Shown here: in pieces, positions 25,394-33,641 of the stretch
How the letters are laid out: each line of letters starts with the position of its first letter
How positions within the stretch are numbered: position 1 is the first letter of the stretch
IMG/VR virus record: IMGVR_UViG_3300028840_002990
Span: 1 to 60,180 of that record
DNA from: a virus
Lineage: Duplodnaviria > Caudoviricetes
Strand: one strand, 5' to 3'
DNA length: 60,180 nucleotides
Position numbers and translations under genes: made by a program
Notes under the pieces: generated by a model
Seen by the model: only the letters and a program-made list of their open reading frames with translations
Told to the model about the DNA's origin: nothing
Databases searched by the model: none

Positions 25394-26367
25394 TGAATAA
25401 CCAACCCCTACACCCATCTGTAAAAGCCTGGTTCAACGAAGCCAGGACTCTGGATGTCAATGCAATGCGCCCTCATTTGGGTATGCACCACAACGCCCTG
25501 TTGCGCCGGGATGAATGGCTTGAAATTGACGCCGCTGTTCTGGATACGGTCAAAACTGGTTTGGTCGGTATCAATGACCTGATCAACGCTGGTCTAACTA
25601 AACCGCTTGGTGGTCTTGGTACTCTGCTCTCAGGGTATGAGACAGTAAGCGAAATGACAGAGGCCGATGTGTCAATGGACGGGGATGTACCGGGCGAAGA
25701 GGACGCCGTTGAATACGGTGAGAACTTCGTGCCAATCCCCATAATCCACAAGGATTTCAGGATTTCCATTCGCAAGTTGGAAGCGTCCCGCCGCATGGGT
25801 GAATCCTTAGACACAACCCAAGTACGCTCCGCGACTCGTGTCGTCCGTGAGAAGATGGAAGCGATGCTTTTCAACGGCCTGACCAAACAATTAGCCGGGT
25901 ATCCGATCTATGGATACACCAATCACCCTAACCGTATTACTGGTACGGCTGTGGGCGATTTCGGTACGGCTGGCAACGGCTACAAAACGATGGTCAAGGC
26001 TTTGGGTGCGCTTGGTGCGCTTGGCTTCAATGGCCCGTTCAATGTGTACCTTGCTCAAACGCAGTACAACGAACTTTTCAACCTGATTTCTACCAGCTAC
26101 GAACGGAATGAGTATCAGGTGATCGTGGACGGACTCCCGCAGATTTCATCCCTCAAACCATCGTTTGACCTGACTGCGGGTGAGCTTGTCTTTGTCCAGA
26201 TGGACAGGGAAACAATTGACTTGGCAATTGCTGAGGACGTTACCCCGGTTCAATGGGCAGAAATGGGCGGTTTCATTTCCAAGTTCCGCGTAATGACTGC
26301 ACTCGCTCCTCGAATCAAGAGCGACTTCAACAGCGTTGTCGGTGTACTACATTACACTGGTTGCTAG
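25393..26367 (+). CDS. Major capsid protein (HK97 fold, encapsulin/linocin-like)
   Basis: NALLRRDEW.EID..V; PIPIIHKDF.I..R.LEASR; YGYTNHPNR. Confidence 0.88.
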   Translation: MNNQPLHPSVKAWFNEARTLDVNAMRPHLGMHHNALLRRDEWLEIDAAVLDTVKTGLVGINDLINAGLTKPLGGLGTLLSGYETVSEMTEADVSMDGDVPGEEDAVEYGENFVPIPIIHKDFRISIRKLEASRRMGESLDTTQVRSATRVVREKMEAMLFNGLTKQLAGYPIYGYTNHPNRITGTAVGDFGTAGNGYKTMVKALGALGALGFNGPFNVYLAQTQYNELFNLISTSYERNEYQVIVDGLPQISSLKPSFDLTAGELVFVQMDRETIDLAIAEDVTPVQWAEMGGFISKFRVMTALAPRIKSDFNSVVGVLHYTGC

Positions 26368-26383
26368 AAAAGGATAATATCTC

Positions 26384-26722
26384 ATGCCTCCAAAGACCTA
26401 TAAATACAGGGTGAAGCCTGGGTTGAAGCACAATCAAGGCACTCCCGAAGAAATAGGCGAGGGCGAGATAGTTGAGTTGACACTTGAGCAAGCGGATTCG
26501 TTTTTGGACAAGCTAGAACCGCTTGAGTCTGAGGCTCAAAATCCCCCCGCTGTTGAAGATGCGCAAAAACCTGAACCTAAAGATATGGTTGATAGGGCTG
26601 GCCTCGGCAAGATGACTGTCAAGGAATTGAAGGAACTTCCTGAATGGGTATTAGTTCCTGACCCGAAGCCAGTTCTGAAAGCCCATATTATCAACGCAAT
26701 TGTTGAGTTGAGGACTCCATAA
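26384..26722 (+). CDS. Head-associated protein with Rho-N/HeH-like tail
   Basis: MTVKELKEL..LKAHIINAI; follows the MCP. Confidence 0.55.
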   Translation: MPPKTYKYRVKPGLKHNQGTPEEIGEGEIVELTLEQADSFLDKLEPLESEAQNPPAVEDAQKPEPKDMVDRAGLGKMTVKELKELPEWVLVPDPKPVLKAHIINAIVELRTP

Positions 26723-27151
26723 ATGACCTATGGAACGGTTCAAGGCGTAGCTGATCTATCAAGTATGTGGACAGATGGAGGCTCTTTTTCGGCCTCCACT
26801 GTCCCTACCTCTACGGTTGTTTCCGGTTGGTTAGAGGATGTTTCAAACTTGCTAGACACTGCTCTTGAGGATGAATGTTTTACTACCCCAATCACAGTTG
26901 CCGAGGCTGTTAGCATGTGTGACTTGCTAGTTGAGGGCATAGTAAAAGATTTGGTAGATTACTCTCACGGGGCAGGCCGCTTTTTCACTAAAAAGGCTCT
27001 TGATGCTGGCATTTCCCCATTCATGGCAATTGATGAAGAAATACATGATTGGGTGAAGCGTAAAACGGTCGGCCTTGAAAAACACGGAGTCCCTCGAAAC
27101 GAGTCAGAGGTTGCAGGCCGTTCAACCGCCTCATTTGCGGTTTTATCTTAG
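26723..27151 (+). CDS. Head-tail adaptor
   Basis: Position and size; MTYGTV..V start typical of adaptors. Confidence 0.6.
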   Translation: MTYGTVQGVADLSSMWTDGGSFSASTVPTSTVVSGWLEDVSNLLDTALEDECFTTPITVAEAVSMCDLLVEGIVKDLVDYSHGAGRFFTKKALDAGISPFMAIDEEIHDWVKRKTVGLEKHGVPRNESEVAGRSTASFAVLS

Positions 27152-27163
27152 AACCTTTATAAA

Positions 27164-27658
27164 ATGCCCTGGATTTCCTATTCCCAAAAGACAAAGACAA
27201 GTTCCAAGTTGGTGCGCCAAGGTCTTGAAAGGTTGCGAAAAGCGATTCCCTTGATTGGGCGAAAGCGAATCTATGACGCGGCGGTTGAAATCCGCAAGCG
27301 CATGAAGACGCCCGGAAAGAAACCGACATACCCGATTCAATGGGATAGCGTGAAACAACGAAAAGCCTTCTTTGCCTCTAATGGATTTGGACGCGGAATT
27401 CCTACCAAGCGGTCAGGCACGTATACAAAGAATTGGCAGGTCATCAAAACTGCTAATGGGTATGACGTAGGCAACCCGCTTTCGTGGGCGCAATATGTAG
27501 GCGGTACAGCACGAGGGGCAAGGCAGTCAAGTATCCATAAAGGCCGCTGGCCTGTATTCCGCAGGCAGGTCGAGATTGTTATAAACAAACTTCCCTTGAC
27601 TGTACGCCGAGCAATGAAACTAACTGCCCGGAATCTAGGATTTAGGACGAGCGAATGA
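27164..27658 (+). CDS. Neck/tail completion protein (HK97 gp10-like)
   Basis: Basic; RSG.Y..NW..VGN..WAQYV. Confidence 0.55.
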   Translation: MPWISYSQKTKTSSKLVRQGLERLRKAIPLIGRKRIYDAAVEIRKRMKTPGKKPTYPIQWDSVKQRKAFFASNGFGRGIPTKRSGTYTKNWQVIKTANGYDVGNPLSWAQYVGGTARGARQSSIHKGRWPVFRRQVEIVINKLPLTVRRAMKLTARNLGFRTSE

Positions 27659-28143
27659 CTGATCAATATAGTGTAGTGGAAAAAGGTTTTCGAGATTATG
27701 TCAAAGCACAAATGACAACCTATTTCCCGCTTGTTACACAGGATGTTCAAGTTACCAAGTCTGACGCAACCGTCCTAACACGTGGCTATGATTATTATCT
27801 CGTTACCTACCCCGGCGCATTTCCCACGATTGACAGGGAAGCAGGAGTCAGGATTATTGAGACTAATTGGGAAATCTTGGTTGAAATTTTCAGCCGATTC
27901 CCAAAGAGCGAACAAGACGCCTGGGACAGGTTTATCCCTTTTCGGTCTGATTTGTTCAACACGATAAATGCAACCGAAGCAGGTAGAAACCTGAACGGTA
28001 CGAACGGTATAAGAGGTTGTTTGATTTCAGCCGAGGAGCGGCCTTACTACGTTCCTGTGAATGCCGATGACCCGGACTCCCCCGCCGCTTTTATCTCACA
28101 GGTATGCGTTTTGAATGCACGTCAAGTGATTGTGAAAACATAA
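27655..28143 (+). CDS. Tail terminator-like protein
   Basis: Position before the major tail gene. Confidence 0.5.
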   Translation: MTDQYSVVEKGFRDYVKAQMTTYFPLVTQDVQVTKSDATVLTRGYDYYLVTYPGAFPTIDREAGVRIIETNWEILVEIFSRFPKSEQDAWDRFIPFRSDLFNTINATEAGRNLNGTNGIRGCLISAEERPYYVPVNADDPDSPAAFISQVCVLNARQVIVKT

Positions 28144-28145
28144 TT

Positions 28146-28325
28146 ATGACAACCAAAAAGAAAATTGATTGTCCAGTAAAAGGACACAAACACAAAATAG
28201 AACTTATCCCCCACCCGGATATGCCGGGTAAAGTTATTGGCATTTGCGGTGAACGGGTTGTGATCGAGCAAGACAAGCCCAAACCTACAGCCCGTAGAAC
28301 CTACAAAAGAAAAACGAGGAGTTAA
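28146..28325 (+). CDS. Small basic hypothetical protein
   Basis: CP..H..C motif; 59 aa. Confidence 0.55.
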   Translation: MTTKKKIDCPVKGHKHKIELIPHPDMPGKVIGICGERVVIEQDKPKPTARRTYKRKTRS

Positions 28326-28327
28326 AA

Positions 28328-29203
28328 ATGACTATCGTTACTAAAGAACCAATTGTATTTTCGGGCTTTCACAAAGGGGTTGCCTACGAGTTGAATACTT
28401 ACGGGCGACCTGACCCGTCAACCGCTGACCCGTACATTGGCCCATATACGGGGATTGAAATCTTTGCGGCGAAAACCTTTGCCCTGACAGTTCCCGGTAC
28501 TCGTAAGGTGAGTCATATCGGGAATGACCGCTTGATTGCCGTCCAACAGTTTCCTCCCCAAGAGCCTATTACGGGCGAATTGGGAGTCGGTGCTGAGGAT
28601 TTGGATTTGGTTGAGGCGTTGAGCGGTGGAACAATTATTACCAACGCAGAAGGGCGCATGTTGCCGCATGGCTCAGACTTACAGGGTAATGAACCTAATA
28701 TTGGTTTCATCTTCCTGCAAGATGCGCTTGCGGAGAGCGGCCCTCAGCGTTACCGCTTCTTGATAGTGCCCTCTACAAAGGCAGTACCACGAGCAAGCGG
28801 AGCAGGAGCCGACCCAATTGACTATATGTATGATCTTGCTCCCAACCCTGTGAATCAACACCTTTGGGGTGAACCGCTTTCAATCCTGGCTGACCCGTCA
28901 GACCCCTATTCCGGTGTGAGTGAATCTGGTGCTGAAACCGCCGCTTTTTGGGATGGTTATTCAGAGTATGAGTTGCGGATTTGCTCATGGTTAGCACAGG
29001 CCGCACAAGTTGAATTTCTGTTCCCTGAGAACAAGCAGGCCGCAGATACCGATAAGATCATGGTTTCCTATGCGCTTGGTTCAACCTGGGGCGAAGTCAC
29101 AACCGGAATCACCAAAGCCGTGACAGGCATAACCTTTGATACTGCTCCTGCTACCACCTACGGAGCAGGAACTGAAATTCACGTTCTGTACCAGTTAGCG
29201 TAA
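28328..29203 (+). CDS. Major tail protein
   Basis: 291 aa, strong RBS, precedes chaperones and tape measure. Confidence 0.65.
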   Translation: MTIVTKEPIVFSGFHKGVAYELNTYGRPDPSTADPYIGPYTGIEIFAAKTFALTVPGTRKVSHIGNDRLIAVQQFPPQEPITGELGVGAEDLDLVEALSGGTIITNAEGRMLPHGSDLQGNEPNIGFIFLQDALAESGPQRYRFLIVPSTKAVPRASGAGADPIDYMYDLAPNPVNQHLWGEPLSILADPSDPYSGVSESGAETAAFWDGYSEYELRICSWLAQAAQVEFLFPENKQAADTDKIMVSYALGSTWGEVTTGITKAVTGITFDTAPATTYGAGTEIHVLYQLA

Positions 29204-29213
29204 AGGAAAAAAA

Positions 29214-29663
29214 ATGACTAATGATGCTAAGACATCCAAGACATCCAAAAAATCAAAACAGGTTGCGGTGGTAACTGACTCGCGCTTGTCTGATGAAGGA
29301 TTGAAAGAAATCGTTTTGCAACTAGGCAACCGTGAGATAGTTGTCAGTGAAGAAGATTATTTTTCCGAACACAAACGGGGCAGGGCAGTACAGGATATTT
29401 TATCTGACCCTTTGGAAGATGAATTTTTGCAAGCAATGACAACCGCTCTCCTCCCCTCCCTTGTTGCTTGCTCTTACGGCGATTTGCCCGATCATCACCA
29501 ATTTGGAAAAATGGCAAAAGATTCAATCAAACTTTGGATTGAAAAGGCGCGTGAATTGAATCCCGGTGTAAGTTGGTTTGACTTCTTAGACCAGATTGAA
29601 AAAGCAACCGAAGATTCTGAAAAAGAACTTGCAAAGGAAGTCGAAAAAAAAGACAAAGCCTAG
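29214..29663 (+). CDS. Tail assembly chaperone (G-like)
   Basis: Between MTP and TMP; ends at an A8 slippery run. Confidence 0.7.
   Translation: MTNDAKTSKTSKKSKQVAVVTDSRLSDEGLKEIVLQLGNREIVVSEEDYFSEHKRGRAVQDILSDPLEDEFLQAMTTALLPSLVACSYGDLPDHHQFGKMAKDSIKLWIEKARELNPGVSWFDFLDQIEKATEDSEKELAKEVEKKDKA
29644..29651 (+). other. -1 ribosomal frameshift slippery site
   Basis: A AAA AAA in frame; the -1 frame is open into 29684-30037. Confidence 0.72.
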
Positions 29664-30037
29664 AGTGGCATAAAAAGGCGTTATTGGAACAAACGCCCTC
29701 TAGGAGAGAAAAACCAAAGAACGATTTAGAGCGTCAATTCTTGCGCCTGCTCAAAGATGAGTCTTTGCTTATCAAACGAGTTTTGTACCGGAATGCGCCC
29801 ACAAAAACGCCGGATTATACCATTCCAGAATTATTAGAAATTGACCTGGAAACTTTTATTGAGGTATATCCTGATTGGTTGCGGTGGGTTGCTCTTGACA
29901 GACGCTATCCCCCAACCGTAATAAGAAAACAACCTAGAATATTATTAGATGCTTTCATCTACCTTGATATGTTGCTTGGCAAGATGGAAGGTGAATTTTA
30001 TGAGCAGTTGCGAAAAGAAGCAGAGGCAAAAAAATAA
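29651..30037 (+). CDS. Tail assembly chaperone, frameshifted GT-like extension
   Basis: -1 frame ORF with no good start/RBS; ends at the TMP start. Confidence 0.65.
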   Translation, partial: RQSLEWHKKALLEQTPSRREKPKNDLERQFLRLLKDESLLIKRVLYRNAPTKTPDYTIPELLEIDLETFIEVYPDWLRWVALDRRYPPTVIRKQPRILLDAFIYLDMLLGKMEGEFYEQLRKEAEAKK

Positions 30038-32484
30038 TGGCTGAGACTCTTGATGTTCTGCTTTCTATTATGCTTGACCGGGGGGAGTTGGCTAAATTCA
30101 AGCAAGGGGTATCTGAGTACGAAAAGGAAATTGCTGATCTTGATAAAAAGATTGAGGCAATAGAAAAAAAGCGGAGTGAGTCCGAGGGTGTTTTATTGAA
30201 AAAATCTCTCGATAAGGACATTGCTCAACTAAATGACCAAAAAAGAATTTTACAGGAAAGAAAAAAAACACACGAGAGGATTATTGGTGATCTTGTTGCG
30301 GCAGAAAAACAAATTCAGACAGAGCAAGAGGAAACTGCTCGTGTGCAAGCCGAGATTGCGGCTGAGTGGGAAGCAAAATATGCTGAACCAATCAAGGAAA
30401 GCAATAAAGAAATTGTTGATTTAGAAAAATCAAAGCAACAAGTTTATGAAGATGAACATGATCTTTTAGCTAAACGTGCGCTTGGTTACACAAAGGTTGC
30501 CGATAGTGCAGAGGAAGCGGCGAAAGTTTCACAGAAGATTTTTGTTGCGGGTGTTGGAGTTTTGACAGGTATTTTTGCCGCCGCTAACAAGTATGCCCAA
30601 AATGCTGAAATTGCCACAAAGGAAACCGAAATGTGGTTAGTGGGGATGGAAAAAATAGAACAGTCTGGACAAAGAATCGCGGCGGTTTTGGTTCAGGAGG
30701 CTTTACCTTATCTTGCAGAGGCGGCACAATTAGCAGGAAAGATTGCCGATTATATTGAACAAAATCCTGAGATTGTTAGGGCGGCTGTACAATTTGGTTC
30801 GGCGGCTGTTGCGGTTGGGGCAATTGGTACTGTTATAGCGAAGGGTGTTCAATTGTATTCATCTATTGCGGCGGTAATGACAACCGCTGGAACAATGATG
30901 CAAAAAGCCGCAAAAGATAATTTGATTGCGGCGGGAATTATGGGGAAGGGCGGTATAACCCCTACGGGGGTTGGAAAAACTCTTGGAACGGTTACTTTAG
31001 TTGCTACCTCAGTAATCATTGGCGCAGAACTTGGGGCGGCTCTTGGTAATGCACTTGGAAAATTGGTTTACGGGGAGGGATACAAAAAACAGGGGATAAG
31101 AGAAGCATTATTGACAGGGACAAGGGTTTTCAAATTGCCTACTATTTTGACAGGCGATATTCTCAAAAATATAGGTTTGGAAAAAGTAGGTCAGGGGATG
31201 ATAGATGTTGCTGTAAAAACTGATATATTAGGTCAAAAATTGCTTGGACTTGATCAAACGTCTGAGCAAACTACAACCGCAATGGAGGCGTTAGAGCAAG
31301 CGGTTGAAGGTTTAGGGGGAGTCGGTGGCACAGGAATAAGTGAAGATGTGTTGGATGCCTTTGTTCAATACCGGGAAACCGCAGTAAGACTTGAGGAAGA
31401 TTTTCAAAAAGAGCGATTAGCTATTATTCAGGATTATAACAATGCAGTAAATCAGGCATTAGAATCCAACCGGGCGGCGGTTGCACAGATCAATCAAGAT
31501 TATCAAAACACGGTTGCCAGTATCATGCGGGATGCGCGTGAAGCTGACATAAAAGCGGAGCAAAATTATCTTAGACGAAGGGCGCAAATTGTCAGGGATG
31601 CGAGTCGAGATATTCAACGGATTGAGGAAGATTTACAAGAGCGACTTAGAAAACTCATGCTTGACCATGAGGACAGGGTTGCCGGGTTGGTTGCGGCTCG
31701 TGACGCTTTAGGTCTTGTTCGTGAACAAAGACGATATGACCGGGAACGCGCCGAGGCTGAACGGGCGGCAAATATCGAAATTGCAAGACGTAGACAGGAT
31801 GTAGCAGCCCGGTTGCAAGACCTTCAACAACAGTATGAAATGGAACGGGCGCAACGGGCGCAACAGACACAACAGAGATTAGAGGAAGCGGCATTAGAAC
31901 ACGAAGAAAGATTGAAACAACAGGCAGAATCCCACAATGAAGAATTGAGACAATTGCGGGATGCACATCATGAAAGATTGCGCGAGTTGGCAATGCAACA
32001 CAGGGAAGAACAATTGAGAAATCGGCAGGCGTTTATTGCCAGGGTGCGTGATCTTGACGCATCTCTTTTGGGAGAGCAACAACTAAGGCAGCAATATTAC
32101 CAAGCCATGTTACAGGATGCTCAAAGATTCTTTGAGGAATACAGGAGCAACATGCCAGGAGGGTCAGGGACTACCTATCAGACCCCGACTGTCAGATATA
32201 CAGGTATTACCCGGCAATTCGGCGGCTATACCCCTAATGCTGGTGGATTGGTAAAAACTCACCCGTATGAGTATGTGATGAGCGCAAACACAACAAAAGC
32301 AATGGAGTCCCTGCTTGGTGGTCGCTTGAGTGAAAATGCTTTGCAATCGTTGGCGCGGGGGGGCGGTGGGAATGTGATCAACTTGTCATTCCCCGGTGGT
32401 CTTGTGACCATGCGACAATTGCAAAATGTTTTGAAAGACAATAATGAAAATATGCTTTCTATGCTTGCACAAGGATTAGCATAA
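30037..32484 (+). CDS. Tape measure protein
   Basis: 815 aa, Ala/Gly-rich middle and long coiled coils, after the chaperones. Confidence 0.85.
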   Translation: MAETLDVLLSIMLDRGELAKFKQGVSEYEKEIADLDKKIEAIEKKRSESEGVLLKKSLDKDIAQLNDQKRILQERKKTHERIIGDLVAAEKQIQTEQEETARVQAEIAAEWEAKYAEPIKESNKEIVDLEKSKQQVYEDEHDLLAKRALGYTKVADSAEEAAKVSQKIFVAGVGVLTGIFAAANKYAQNAEIATKETEMWLVGMEKIEQSGQRIAAVLVQEALPYLAEAAQLAGKIADYIEQNPEIVRAAVQFGSAAVAVGAIGTVIAKGVQLYSSIAAVMTTAGTMMQKAAKDNLIAAGIMGKGGITPTGVGKTLGTVTLVATSVIIGAELGAALGNALGKLVYGEGYKKQGIREALLTGTRVFKLPTILTGDILKNIGLEKVGQGMIDVAVKTDILGQKLLGLDQTSEQTTTAMEALEQAVEGLGGVGGTGISEDVLDAFVQYRETAVRLEEDFQKERLAIIQDYNNAVNQALESNRAAVAQINQDYQNTVASIMRDAREADIKAEQNYLRRRAQIVRDASRDIQRIEEDLQERLRKLMLDHEDRVAGLVAARDALGLVREQRRYDRERAEAERAANIEIARRRQDVAARLQDLQQQYEMERAQRAQQTQQRLEEAALEHEERLKQQAESHNEELRQLRDAHHERLRELAMQHREEQLRNRQAFIARVRDLDASLLGEQQLRQQYYQAMLQDAQRFFEEYRSNMPGGSGTTYQTPTVRYTGITRQFGGYTPNAGGLVKTHPYEYVMSANTTKAMESLLGGRLSENALQSLARGGGGNVINLSFPGGLVTMRQLQNVLKDNNENMLSMLAQGLA

Positions 32485-32891
32485 TGCCAACAGATAACTT
32501 TACTCCCCTATACGATTATGAGATTGGTGAGTCATTGTCTACAATGGCAAACATTGAATTGATGGGACTTGACCCCCCCTTCCAAGATTCTTATCGTCCT
32601 CATGGTGTAGAAATTGCGGCGGCTGATGGGTTGGCTTATGGTCATGGGTGGCCTGTTACCGCTTGGAGGTGGGGCTATATTTCACAGGACAACCGGGACA
32701 TTCTCAGAGATTATTGTTCTGGCAAATCTTCGATTGTGTATATCAGAATTTTGGGACATGACAACACATGGGAGTATTGTAAGGCGGTTATGATCTGGCC
32801 TGAAAGAGAGACTCCCGCAGTTGTTGGGAATGTGATTGATTTCTCAATCAGTTTCAGGATTTTAGAAAACTATGGAGCAAGTATCCCGTGA
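32484..32891 (+). CDS. Distal tail protein-like
   Basis: 135 aa, directly after the TMP. Confidence 0.55.
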   Translation: MPTDNFTPLYDYEIGESLSTMANIELMGLDPPFQDSYRPHGVEIAAADGLAYGHGWPVTAWRWGYISQDNRDILRDYCSGKSSIVYIRILGHDNTWEYCKAVMIWPERETPAVVGNVIDFSISFRILENYGASIP

Positions 32892-33487
32892 GATTTGAAA
32901 AGTGGCTTTTGTCTGAATTGGATAGGCTGATTGTCATCCTGAACGGCGGGAAGGGTTCGGGAAACTTCGGTCATGCAGGCCGACCGGGGAAGGTAGGGGG
33001 GAGTCAACCACAAAAGAGAAAAGAGAAAAAACGCCGCTATGACATGAATCTAGATGAACTGGAAAAAGATATTGTTTCTTTAGATTATGAATATTCGGGA
33101 ATATATGCGCAGGATGGCGAAAGGATATTTCATAAGTCAGGTAACAAAAATTCTGTAATGTACACAAGGTCTGAAATAGATAGAATGTTTGGCAAAATTC
33201 TTACTCACAATCATCCGGGTGGGTGGGCTTTTTCTCAAGAAGATTTAGACTTCCAAGAACAAGCAAGACTCTTTGAAATAAGGGCTGTTACTGATACTTA
33301 CACTTATTCTATAAAAAATGAAGATTGGGCAAATCCTGAAAATGTGTTTAGGAATAATTTTCGCCAAGCAATTATTAGTGTTTCCCAAAGAGAAACAAAA
33401 TATACTGGGCGTGATTTCAATCATGAGGTTCTAAAAGAATACGCCAAAACAGCAGGGTTGAAATATGAAAGGATAAAACATGCCTAA
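32888..33487 (+). CDS. JAB/MPN-like domain protein with GGKGSGNFGHAGRPGKVGGS tag
   Basis: Upstream E (YEYS), THNHP...FS.ED JAMM-like motif. Confidence 0.7.
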   Translation: MRFEKWLLSELDRLIVILNGGKGSGNFGHAGRPGKVGGSQPQKRKEKKRRYDMNLDELEKDIVSLDYEYSGIYAQDGERIFHKSGNKNSVMYTRSEIDRMFGKILTHNHPGGWAFSQEDLDFQEQARLFEIRAVTDTYTYSIKNEDWANPENVFRNNFRQAIISVSQRETKYTGRDFNHEVLKEYAKTAGLKYERIKHA

Positions 33488-33641
33488 AACCGATGAAGGA
33501 TATTTGATTATTGACATCCCTCTTTTTACCGATGCACAGATTGAGAAAATTAATGAGCTTTCCAGTGCTGGCAAAGAGGAAGAATTGAAAAAATATATTG
33601 AAAGCATAACCAACGAGGAAGAAACGAAGGATGAGTCTTAG
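33480..33641 (+). CDS. 53 aa acidic protein coupled to the JAB gene
   Basis: AAGGA RBS; MPKTDEGYLIIDIP..EETKDES; overlaps both neighbours. Confidence 0.55.
   Translation: MPKTDEGYLIIDIPLFTDAQIEKINELSSAGKEEELKKYIESITNEEETKDES

Noticed and set aside
25393-26367. Cellular encapsulin/bacteriocin locus
   Set aside because: Context with terminase, portal, protease and tail genes identifies it as the phage major capsid.
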